Origin: an uncultured Gammaproteobacteria bacterium
Lineage (GTDB): Bacteria; Patescibacteriota; Microgenomatia; Daviesbacterales; UBA10151
DNA: 64,000 nt
Direction of reading: 5' to 3'
NCBI GenBank assembly: GCA_964446685.1
Contig: CAYUPO010000004.1
Coordinates: 20,164 to 84,163, forward strand
Shown here piece after piece: positions 57,008 through 64,000 of the stretch; position 1 is the stretch's first letter; each line of letters starts with the position of its first letter. The notes under the pieces were generated by a model. It saw nothing but the letters and a program-made list of their open reading frames with translations, ran no database searches and had not been told where the DNA came from. Position numbers and translations under genes: made by a program.

Positions 57008-58325
57008 TGGTTATTTTCGATAAACGAATATCGACCCTTTCCATATCTCGTGGAAAAAGAGATGCTTCACGAATATTTGGCAACCCCAGGAGTAACCAGG
57101 TTAAGCGTTCCAATCCGTAAGAAAATCCACCTTCAGGCGGCATACCATATTTAAAAGCCTGCAGATACATTTCAAAGTCGTCTGGATTCATTCCCCGCTC
57201 TTTCATGATCGAAACCAGCTGATCATAATCATTTACTCTCTGGCTGCCACTTAAGATCTCAACTCCTCTAAACAACAAATCATAACTCAAGCTAAATTCC
57301 GGATCTTCCGGGTCAGGCATGGTATAAAAAGCTCTTTTAGCAGTCGGATAATGAGTAATTGTTACAAAATCAGAACCATGTTCTTCTTTAGCCCACCGAC
57401 AAATTTCCCGTTCATCCTCTGGTTCCAGATCTTTTTCTTTTCTGTTATCCCGTCCGGTTCTGTCAAAAATAATTTGCTGAGCCTCTCGCATTTTTAGTCG
57501 CGGGATAGTACCATAAGACACTGGTTCAAAACCAAAATCTTTTAATATATCTGCGCAATGCTCCTCAGCATATTTAAAAGTATTAGTTGCTACAAATTCC
57601 AGATGATCCATTAACTGAGTAAAATCAACAAATCCAAATTCACAATCCATTTGAGTGGCTTCTGACAAATGCCTGGTAGTAACTGATGGTTCAGCCCTAT
57701 ATGCATGAGCGATTGTAAACACTCTTTCAAAAGCTGGAATCAACATCTGTTTATAAAGCTGAGGACTTTGCGTCATATAGGCAGAGAATCCATAATAATC
57801 AACCCGAAACACTTCAGAACCACCTTCTGAAGCGGCAACAGCAATAGTTGGCACCACAATTTCAGTACAGTCTAACTCAGTAGCTGCTTTTCTAAATCCT
57901 TCAAGGAGTGCTGCCTGTACTTTGAAAATAGATTTTACTTTAGGATGTCTTAATGTCAGAGATCTGTTATCGAGCAAAGTTGGCAGCTGCAAATCCAACT
58001 CTTTATTTGACATATCAAAAGGCAGTTCAGCTGCTTTGGATAAAACCTCTACTTTAATGGACTGCATTTCTATTTTTCCGGTTGGAATATTTGGATTGAC
58101 CAGTTTTTCCGGACGCTCAGCAATTTTTCCGGTTATCTGAACTACATCCTGCGAACGGATATCACCCAATAAGTCTCCAGTACAAAAAACCTGAATCACA
58201 CCACTTCTATCTGCCACATCCAAAAACCCAATTTTTCCATGATCACGCCTGACCTGCACCCAGCCGGCAATTGTCACTTCCTCACCTATTTTGTTATTAC
58301 AATCTAATATTAACGTTCTTTGCAT
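56982..58325 (-). CDS. aspartate/asparagine--tRNA ligase (class IIb, archaeal-type length)
   Basis: N-terminal OB fold, motif 2 YRAE, motif 3 GMPPEGGFSYGLERL; 447 aa. Asp versus Asn specificity cannot be resolved by eye. Confidence 0.8.
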   Translation of the reverse strand: MQRTLILDCNNKIGEEVTIAGWVQVRRDHGKIGFLDVADRSGVIQVFCTGDLLGDIRSQDVVQITGKIAERPEKLVNPNIPTGKIEMQSIKVEVLSKAAELPFDMSNKELDLQLPTLLDNRSLTLRHPKVKSIFKVQAALLEGFRKAATELDCTEIVVPTIAVAASEGGSEVFRVDYYGFSAYMTQSPQLYKQMLIPAFERVFTIAHAYRAEPSVTTRHLSEATQMDCEFGFVDFTQLMDHLEFVATNTFKYAEEHCADILKDFGFEPVSYGTIPRLKMREAQQIIFDRTGRDNRKEKDLEPEDEREICRWAKEEHGSDFVTITHYPTAKRAFYTMPDPEDPEFSLSYDLLFRGVEILSGSQRVNDYDQLVSIMKERGMNPDDFEMYLQAFKYGMPPEGGFSYGLERLTWLLLGLPNIREASLFPRDMERVDIRLSKITNGKDKKSV

Positions 58326-58355
58326 ACAAGCAATTGTACCTTTTCAGGCTCAGAT

Positions 58356-58385
58356 TTGACAAGGATCAGAAGTTATGTTTAAAAT
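58356..58385 (+). promoter_or_regulatory. sigma70-like promoter TTGACA-17/18 nt-TAAAAT
   Basis: TTGACA at 58356-58361 and TTAAAAT at 58379-58385. Sits upstream of a ~125-nt leader ending in the hairpin/T-run at 58496-58520. Confidence 0.45.
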
Positions 58386-58495
58386 ACCCAAATAACCATG
58401 AAAACTTGGACTAACAGTTTTTTTACTTACTTTACCTTCCTCAAGGAGGGGGCTGTTTAATGTCTTAAAAGACACCAAGTCTAAAGACAATAGAA

Positions 58496-58520
58496 GCCTC
58501 CCAAACGGGAGGTTTTTTTT
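58496..58520 (+). terminator. terminator/attenuator hairpin GCCTCCC-AAAC-GGGAGG + T8, 22 nt upstream of a strong RBS
   Basis: First of three near-identical copies (see 59265-59289 and 60729-60752). An upstream complementary element ggagggggc (58454-58462) could form an alternative pairing. Confidence 0.5.
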
Positions 58521-58562
58521 GATCTTTTTTTAGAAAAATAATAAAGAAAGGAGGATAAAAAT

Positions 58563-58760
58563 ATGACACAAATTGAAGTTATAAGAACTGATTTATTACG
58601 ACCAAATCATGCTTTAAGAACAATTGAAGAGATAAGTCAGAGACCTGATGCTATCGCTTCAAAAGAAAGAATAGAACGTCTGAACGCTTCACCCAAAGCA
58701 AGAGCAGCAGCAGAAGCCAGAGCAGTAGCTCTTTTAAAAGCCTTAACAAAAAGGCCATAA
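58563..58760 (+). CDS. small hypothetical protein (65 aa)
   Basis: Preceded by AAAGAAAGGAGG at 58543-58554. Confidence 0.45.
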   Translation: MTQIEVIRTDLLRPNHALRTIEEISQRPDAIASKERIERLNASPKARAAAEARAVALLKALTKRP

Positions 58761-58798
58761 AAAAGTAAAAAAATAATTAAAGAAAGGAGGAAATAAAT

Positions 58799-59041
58799 AT
58801 GAGTGAAAGAAAAAATAGACCTATGTATTCAGGATTAGCAGGTGTCAGACCAGAACCAGTAAATTTTGGGCCCGCTAATCATGTGGTTGAAACCACCGCG
58901 GAAGTAAAAGCTACAGAAAAAAAGTTAGTAACTTATTCTGCCGAAGATCAGATTCGCGCATTAACCAGGATGACAATTGCTGCTGGATCAGATAGAGACA
59001 CTAGCAAACCAAGAACTAAAAATAATTGGACAGGACATTAA
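58799..59041 (+). CDS. small hypothetical protein (80 aa)
   Basis: Preceded by AAAGAAAGGAGG at 58779-58790. Confidence 0.45.
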   Translation: MSERKNRPMYSGLAGVRPEPVNFGPANHVVETTAEVKATEKKLVTYSAEDQIRALTRMTIAAGSDRDTSKPRTKNNWTGH

Positions 59042-59047
59042 AAATTT

Positions 59048-59235
59048 AACGATGGGAGTGCTACATGTGCTCCCATCAATAAATGATAATTTGACAAAAA
59101 CTATTACTGTTGTGTATCATTCCTCAAGTATGCAAAATACAGTTGCTTTAAAACAGACAAATATTATTAGTATTAGCCTCCTTCTCGTGGTGGTGCTCCT
59201 TGTGAGCATTTCAACCGGGAGGGCTTTTTTTAGCT
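59048..59235 (+). ncRNA. candidate structured non-coding element between small genes
   Basis: Perfect hairpin gatgggag-tgctacatgtg-ctcccatc at 59051-59077, then agcctcc...ccgggagggc + T7 at ~59176-59230. Shares GGAGTGCTACATG with the nrdJ repeat array. Confidence 0.3.
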
Positions 59236-59264
59236 AAAAACTAAAAAAAGTAAGGAATACCTAA

Positions 59265-59289
59265 GCCTCCCGAATGGGAGGTTTTTTTT
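59265..59289 (+). terminator. terminator/attenuator hairpin GCCTCCC-GAAT-GGGAGG + T8
   Basis: Second copy of the hairpin; 12 nt upstream of AAAGAAAGGAGG at 59302-59313. Confidence 0.5.
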
Positions 59290-59321
59290 GTTCAAAAATA
59301 TAAAGAAAGGAGGTGTTACAA

Positions 59322-59612
59322 ATGAAAAAAATTGAAAATGGAAATATACCTGGAGTAAGAATGGATAAACAAGATGCTCCAAGAATTAGAGCAAGATCAG
59401 GAGGAGTTGTTTATGGAACACATTTCGTTTACGACTCTGATGGGCCAATCTTGCCCGTTAGTGGTACAACTGAACGTTTTAATCCAAACCACACAAATTG
59501 GCAGGCAGTTGTTGAAATGATTGGCCAAAATCCTAACATGGATATTGAAACTGCAAAAAGAAAATCAATTCAATATGCTGCAGAAAACAGGACAGAATTT
59601 GGAACAAAATAA
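59322..59612 (+). CDS. small hypothetical protein (96 aa)
   Basis: Start taken at MKKIENG, directly after the conserved RBS; the ORF track begins at 59313. Confidence 0.45.
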   Translation: MKKIENGNIPGVRMDKQDAPRIRARSGGVVYGTHFVYDSDGPILPVSGTTERFNPNHTNWQAVVEMIGQNPNMDIETAKRKSIQYAAENRTEFGTK

Positions 59613-59692
59613 GGAGAATAATAATGTGTTTTATTAAACTGGAGGAGTTCAAAAGCAACTCCTCCAGAAAAAAATAAATTATATAAAAAAAT

Positions 59693-60040
59693 ATGTTAAG
59701 TATCGAAAAAATATTACCAGATGGAGAAAAAGAATCTAATATTAATGATTCGTACTCTTTTGTGGATGAAATTAGAAATATAAATCTTGAAGAATATAAA
59801 GTAGAAATTTCAACACGTAAAAGAACTGTACAAATAGTAATGCGGAGACCTCTTCTTACTCAACTGGATGAGAGATTAAGGTTATTAAAAACTTTATACC
59901 CTGCAGCAAGAAGAACTAAATGGGGCAAGAAAATACCAAATCCAGAATATAAAAAAGCCAGTTTACCAATACAAGAATACAGGAAACAACTTTCCCGCGT
60001 CCAAAAAGCAGACAGATTAACTTTAACTGGAAAAATTTAA
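59693..60040 (+). CDS. small basic hypothetical protein (115 aa)
   Basis: ORF with no recognised motif; 4-bp overlap with the next ORF, so translational coupling is possible. Confidence 0.4.
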   Translation: MLSIEKILPDGEKESNINDSYSFVDEIRNINLEEYKVEISTRKRTVQIVMRRPLLTQLDERLRLLKTLYPAARRTKWGKKIPNPEYKKASLPIQEYRKQLSRVQKADRLTLTGKI

Positions 60041-60041
60041 T

Positions 60042-60518
60042 ATGACAAATAAAGACGTATTTTTAGTTAAATACCCTGATCCAGGATTCGGAATCACCAA
60101 CACACATCCGATTATACGTACTGAAGGATTAGCAACATGTATTGCAACTGGTGGTATTTTTTCAAATAAAACGAATGAATCTTCTTTATTTATGATCCAC
60201 CAACCTGATTATGCCCATTCTTCACATATCTCTATACTACAGGAAATACTGATAAATTCACATGGTAAACTAATTGTTTTTGCCAAAATTCCTGATCAGC
60301 TAAAGCCACCTTACACAGTAAATATTGATCTTCAAAATTCTGAAACTTATGCAAAAGCTCTTGAAATATTTCTAAAAAACTTAAAAGAAGGTTTTCCTAA
60401 ATTTGATATCAACTTTCTTCCTTATGGTTCACGAAAAAACCCAACACTCTACTCATATGCCGAGATTGATCTTATTCAAAACTTAGCCATAACAGATTAC
60501 GGCTCAGTTATTATTTAA
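60042..60518 (+). CDS. hypothetical protein (158 aa)
   Basis: ORF with no recognised motif. Confidence 0.4.
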   Translation: MTNKDVFLVKYPDPGFGITNTHPIIRTEGLATCIATGGIFSNKTNESSLFMIHQPDYAHSSHISILQEILINSHGKLIVFAKIPDQLKPPYTVNIDLQNSETYAKALEIFLKNLKEGFPKFDINFLPYGSRKNPTLYSYAEIDLIQNLAITDYGSVII

Positions 60519-60654
60519 ATATTTGACTCAAAAATAAATACAAATTATAATATTTTTATGTGTTCCTATATTAGTTTTTCTATTATTATTGCCCCCATTA
60601 AAATCGCTAGATTTCAATCTCCGATTATTGTTAGCCCTAAGGGGCGCTATTTTG

Positions 60655-60752
60655 GGAGGCTTTCTATTTATTAGAAATTAGTACTTAGAAATGAGCGAAG
60701 CTCCTGCTTCGCAGTTAGAAATTTTTAAAGCCTCCCAAATGGGAGGTTTTTT
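60655..60752 (+). promoter_or_regulatory. TTAGAAATTAG-family repeat followed by the third GCCTCCC-AAAT-GGGAGG + T7 hairpin
   Basis: ttagaaattagtacttagaaatgag-cgaagctcctgcttcg-cagttagaaat, then gcctcccaaatgggagg at 60729-60745. An upstream ttgggaggctttc is complementary to the hairpin's 5' arm. Confidence 0.5.
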
Positions 60753-60907
60753 TGTGGAAAGGAATTGTCATTTCGAGCGAGGAGCGAGAAATCTCTAGAT
60801 TAAAACCAATGTTTATTCCTAGTAAATCTTAAGATCTCTCACTTCCGTCAGGAAGAAAGCTCTGCTTACTACGTTCGAGATGACGTTAAAAGAAAGGAGG
60901 TGTAAAA

Positions 60908-61171
60908 ATGGAAATACCTAAACAACGAGTTATTAATCTTAGCGCGAGTACTTGTCCTGATATGGATTGGACAAATAAACATGATCCGAATGCAATTTTA
61001 TATTTAGATTTTAAAAAACCAGGGTTAAGCTCAGTCATTGTCGATTTGACAAACACAGAACATGTAGCAAAAAATTATTTAAAAGCGATGTCTGATCCAA
61101 GTGTCCTATTATATTTAACACCGACAGTATTGTGGAGAAATAAAACAGTTAAATATCCTGCCCGGATTTAA
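60908..61171 (+). CDS. small hypothetical protein (87 aa)
   Basis: Preceded by AAAGAAAGGAGG at 60889-60900. Confidence 0.45.
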   Translation: MEIPKQRVINLSASTCPDMDWTNKHDPNAILYLDFKKPGLSSVIVDLTNTEHVAKNYLKAMSDPSVLLYLTPTVLWRNKTVKYPARI

Positions 61172-62003
61172 GATTTAGTTCTTTTTCAGCGCTTTTTCCC
61201 TGGACTACGATTTCCAGGAATCTTTTTTCGTCCAGTCCTGAGCTGCCGATTATCAATGCTGGCTTATCTTCTGGAACGTCTTTCAGACGGTTATAACATA
61301 TTAGTGTCATTCTGGCTTGTCCAGAATCAACCTTAGTCACAACAGATTGCTTCGTCGTTCCTCCTCGCAATGACGTTGGGAAAAATACTTTTTTACCCGC
61401 TTTAAAACCAATGTCTTCAGGTAAAAGTGTGGTTTTTACATTGCCAAAATTATCAATCCACCAGATAGCTTTTGGAAGATGCGGAACATTTTTTAGAGGA
61501 TATTTTTCTGAAGGTATTTCTATTCCTTCAGCCAACCAGGCAGCTACCCGAGGTAAAAATTCAAAACTCCGAAATTGAGTATGTGAAATATGCTCTACTA
61601 AATCTTTTGATACTATCCCCTGCTGTTTCAGATATTTCATTACTGTCGGAATATCCATCACATTAATATGATTGACTATTCCCAGTTTTTTAACCAAAGA
61701 CAAAGATAATCCATCAACTGATATTACAACCAATGTTTCTTTGTAATGAAAAAAACCAAATGGAGTCCCATTGGGCCATTTCTTTCCGGATTTATGGCGA
61801 GGAGCTACATTAACTAAAATAACCCCTTTCTTGCCCGCTGAAGCATCCAGCATATCTATCAGATTTCCTGCCGCTTCCAGATCTGCGTCCCAACCATTAA
61901 CACCGATAGTCGTAACATTGCATTCAAACAAAGTCGACAACCGGGTGGTTGAACGACCAAGAGCATTATCATCTTTACAATCAGTTATCAAAGTTACAAA
62001 CAT
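61149..62003 (-). CDS. SAM hydroxide adenosyltransferase family protein (DUF62; fluorinase/chlorinase-like SAM hydrolase)
   Basis: N-terminal MFVTLITDCKDDNALGR matches the DUF62 M..i.L.TDFG.(D) opening; 284 aa. Confidence 0.65.
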   Translation of the reverse strand: MFVTLITDCKDDNALGRSTTRLSTLFECNVTTIGVNGWDADLEAAGNLIDMLDASAGKKGVILVNVAPRHKSGKKWPNGTPFGFFHYKETLVVISVDGLSLSLVKKLGIVNHINVMDIPTVMKYLKQQGIVSKDLVEHISHTQFRSFEFLPRVAAWLAEGIEIPSEKYPLKNVPHLPKAIWWIDNFGNVKTTLLPEDIGFKAGKKVFFPTSLRGGTTKQSVVTKVDSGQARMTLICYNRLKDVPEDKPALIIGSSGLDEKRFLEIVVQGKSAEKELNLKSGQDI

Positions 62004-62124
62004 ATTTCATCCGTCCTCACGCCTGAGTATCCTATCACACCAGCCTATTCAATTCAATCAAACCTATTGTAAGATTTAGCAAATCAATAGTTGTATTCTT
62101 ACATCTATTTGGTAAACTTTTTTT

Positions 62125-62565
62125 ATGAATGAAAAGGGAGAAGGTCCAGATTTTCCAGGAAATATTACGCCAATAAGAGAAGGTGTAATTCCTGAACCAA
62201 ACAATCCACCAAAACCTGAAAAACCTGGAAAAAGAAAGTTTCTTCAGGCAGCAGCACTCCTACTTGCAGGCATTCCTGCCACTATTGGATCTGGTCTAAT
62301 AACAAATAATTTAACTAAACCAAATTCTGAAAATAATAATTTAGATAAACAACCAGCAAACCAACCTATGAAATCGTACAGCAAATCGCCACAATATGCT
62401 CCTACTCCAACTGAAGAAGATAAAAGAATTAGTGATGAATACCGCCAAAAACATCAGCAGATGTTAAATAATCCTGATGCTCCAGGATCTAAGATTGAAG
62501 GAATCCAACATCCTCAAAGCACAGCAACTCCATATCCAAATTCTCCTGCACATAAAATAAAATAA
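62125..62565 (+). CDS. hypothetical Pro/Asn-rich protein with one transmembrane segment
   Basis: 146-aa ORF. Confidence 0.35.
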   Translation: MNEKGEGPDFPGNITPIREGVIPEPNNPPKPEKPGKRKFLQAAALLLAGIPATIGSGLITNNLTKPNSENNNLDKQPANQPMKSYSKSPQYAPTPTEEDKRISDEYRQKHQQMLNNPDAPGSKIEGIQHPQSTATPYPNSPAHKIK

Positions 62566-62602
62566 TTGCATTTTACTATAAGTTATAATATAATATCAGT
62601 CT

Positions 62603-62905
62603 ATGCCAGAATTACAAAGTCGAGTTCAGAATTTAGATGGTCGAGTTGTTATCATCGATCCGTCTTTTGATAGAAACCCAAATCCTGTATGGGATGTGCC
62701 CACTCTTGATCAAATAAAAGCTCAGAAAAGAATATCTGATTGGGAAAAGAAAAAGAAAGCACTGGAATACCAGGGAAAATTTAGATCTCCATCACTCGCA
62801 ATGGAACTGCGATTCAAAACATCTCTAGCATACCTTCAACCATTCGTTGAAACAGGTGTGGCACTTGGAATTTATACAGATAGGCTAGTAAGACTTTTTA
62901 GCTAA
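62603..62905 (+). CDS. hypothetical protein
   Basis: 100-aa ORF. Confidence 0.35.
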   Translation: MPELQSRVQNLDGRVVIIDPSFDRNPNPVWDVPTLDQIKAQKRISDWEKKKKALEYQGKFRSPSLAMELRFKTSLAYLQPFVETGVALGIYTDRLVRLFS

Positions 62906-64000
62906 CTATAATATCTTTCACCTTCAACTGTAAATTTTCCTGACCATTGTATTTGTTTATTTCCAGGGTATATGCGACATCAGCTGTTGTGGCGTTTACC
63001 ATTTTTTTAACCAACTCTCCCATTCCAAATGCAATGGCATCAATTCCATCGGCTTTGAATTTTAAATGTTTTCCATCTGATAAAGTTCTGACATCCGACA
63101 ACTGCATCCCTCTACTGGCTAATATTATTTGGGGATTTTTATAACCAAATGGGGCAAACTGATTTATTTTTTTGACAAGCGGTTTTGACAGTAAATTACT
63201 TTCTACCTCTGCTTCAATATTCAAAACTTTTTCACCCGGCAATTCGACTGTTTCCATCAGTGTTTCCAATTTTGTTTTAAATGCGGCAATATTTTCTTCC
63301 TTCAGTGAAAAACCTGCTGCACCGGAGTGACCCCCGATATCTATTAATAAATCTGATGTTTGTCTGAGGAGTTCAACTATATTTACCCCGTCTACACTAC
63401 GGGCTGAACCTTTGGCTTTCCCATCTGATACAGACATTGCCAGGGATGGCAAATAATACTCTTCAGTAATCCTTCCGGCGATTAATCCAATGATTCCGGG
63501 ATTCCATTTATCAGACCAGAGAACCTGGATTTTATTTTCTTTTTTAACCATTAACTGCGCTTCCTCCAGCGCCTGTGCCGTCACCTGCTGCCTTTCGGTA
63601 TTTGTATCACATAGCAGCTTCGCCAGCCTTTTTGCCTTTAAAGGATCTTTAGTACACACCAGTCTCAAAGCATCAATTGCGTGAGCTAGTCTACCAATCG
63701 CATTTATTCTGGGAGCAATCATATGACCAATTTCATATGAGCCAATTGATCCTAATTCCAGTTTTGATTGTCTAACCAGCTCCTGCAATCCGATATTTTT
63801 AGTTTCATTTAATATTTTTAATCCTTCCCAGACAAAACTTCTATTAACTTCAAGAAGCGGCATCATATCAGCAATAGTGGCAATTGCTACAAGTTCCAGT
63901 AATTCATTTTCCAGTTTTTTTGAAATCTTTCCTCTTATCAAACACCAGGCCACCGCAGTACCACACATTTTTATAGAATGCACAATTGCCAAAGCCTCAG
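62898..64000 (-). CDS. recJ: single-stranded-DNA-specific exonuclease RecJ (C-terminal part; the 5' end lies beyond the window)
   Basis: DHHA1 motif IDIGGHSGAAGFSL and RecJ C-terminal OB-like region. The gene runs off the window end. Confidence 0.8.
   Translation of the reverse strand, partial: EALAIVHSIKMCGTAVAWCLIRGKISKKLENELLELVAIATIADMMPLLEVNRSFVWEGLKILNETKNIGLQELVRQSKLELGSIGSYEIGHMIAPRINAIGRLAHAIDALRLVCTKDPLKAKRLAKLLCDTNTERQQVTAQALEEAQLMVKKENKIQVLWSDKWNPGIIGLIAGRITEEYYLPSLAMSVSDGKAKGSARSVDGVNIVELLRQTSDLLIDIGGHSGAAGFSLKEENIAAFKTKLETLMETVELPGEKVLNIEAEVESNLLSKPLVKKINQFAPFGYKNPQIILASRGMQLSDVRTLSDGKHLKFKADGIDAIAFGMGELVKKMVNATTADVAYTLEINKYNGQENLQLKVKDIIVS

Noticed and set aside
59613-59692. 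Hairpin ctggaggagtt-caaaag-caactcctccag as a terminator
   Set aside because: It is followed by an A-run on the plus strand and preceded by a T-run on the minus strand, so it is not a canonical intrinsic terminator in either orientation. It was left uncalled.
1-64000. Integrase, transposase or phage structural genes that would explain the Rhs island or the repeats
   Set aside because: No tyrosine or serine recombinase, DDE transposase or phage motifs were recognised in any frame. The island boundaries are inferred only from the tRNA duplication.

Overview
This is an AT-rich (about 35-40% GC by eye), gene-dense 64 kb bacterial window read with standard code 11. Small proteins, a split transketolase, a class II ribonucleotide reductase with NrdR and many hypothetical genes fit a reduced-genome, Patescibacteria/CPR-like bacterium, but that placement is inference only.

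Most of the window is housekeeping:
- a nrdR-nrdJ operon with a corrinoid adenosyltransferase nearby;
- a pentose-phosphate cluster (tktA/tktB halves, rpe, rpiB, LOG protein);
- mutS-mutL preceded by a DnaQ-exonuclease/GIY-YIG fusion;
- gltX, an Asp/Asn-tRNA ligase, two D-Ala-D-Ala carboxypeptidases, an L,D-transpeptidase and a DsbA-like protein;
- a GAF histidine kinase with an OmpR-type response regulator;
- several small stress proteins (KGG, YflT-like, GlsB/YeaQ).

The accessory content is concentrated around a tRNA-Gln(CUG) at about 41.2 kb. The tRNA is followed within 50 nt by a partial duplicate of its own 3' half. Directly after that sits a minus-strand polymorphic-toxin locus: a 2090-aa Rhs/YD-repeat protein with four tandem PA14 domains and an uncharacterised C-terminal toxin domain, a small membrane protein (putative immunity), and an orphan Rhs C-terminal cassette whose tip looks like a GIY-YIG nuclease, with its own downstream putative immunity gene. 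No integrase or transposase is visible in the window.

Other things worth a second look:
- 5.5 tandem copies of a structured ~100-bp repeat with compensatory stem changes, overlapping the nrdJ stop codon;
- a four-helix-bundle gene enclosed by a perfect 39-bp inverted repeat, with an empty copy of the same termini elsewhere;
- several dispersed palindromic repeat families (GTCATT...AATGAC hairpins, an AT-rich TTGAAAT family, a TTAGAAATTAG family);
- a longer composite repeat shared by the leaders of two pentose-phosphate operons;
- a 58.3-61.2 kb cluster of six small unknown genes, three preceded by the same terminator-like hairpin (GCCTCCCRAAYGGGAGG-T7) with an upstream complementary GGGAGGC element, and four carrying an identical AAAGAAAGGAGG ribosome-binding site;
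- three probable frameshifted genes (GNAT, PAP2, possibly others).

All functional calls rest on motif recognition by eye. No database searches were run.
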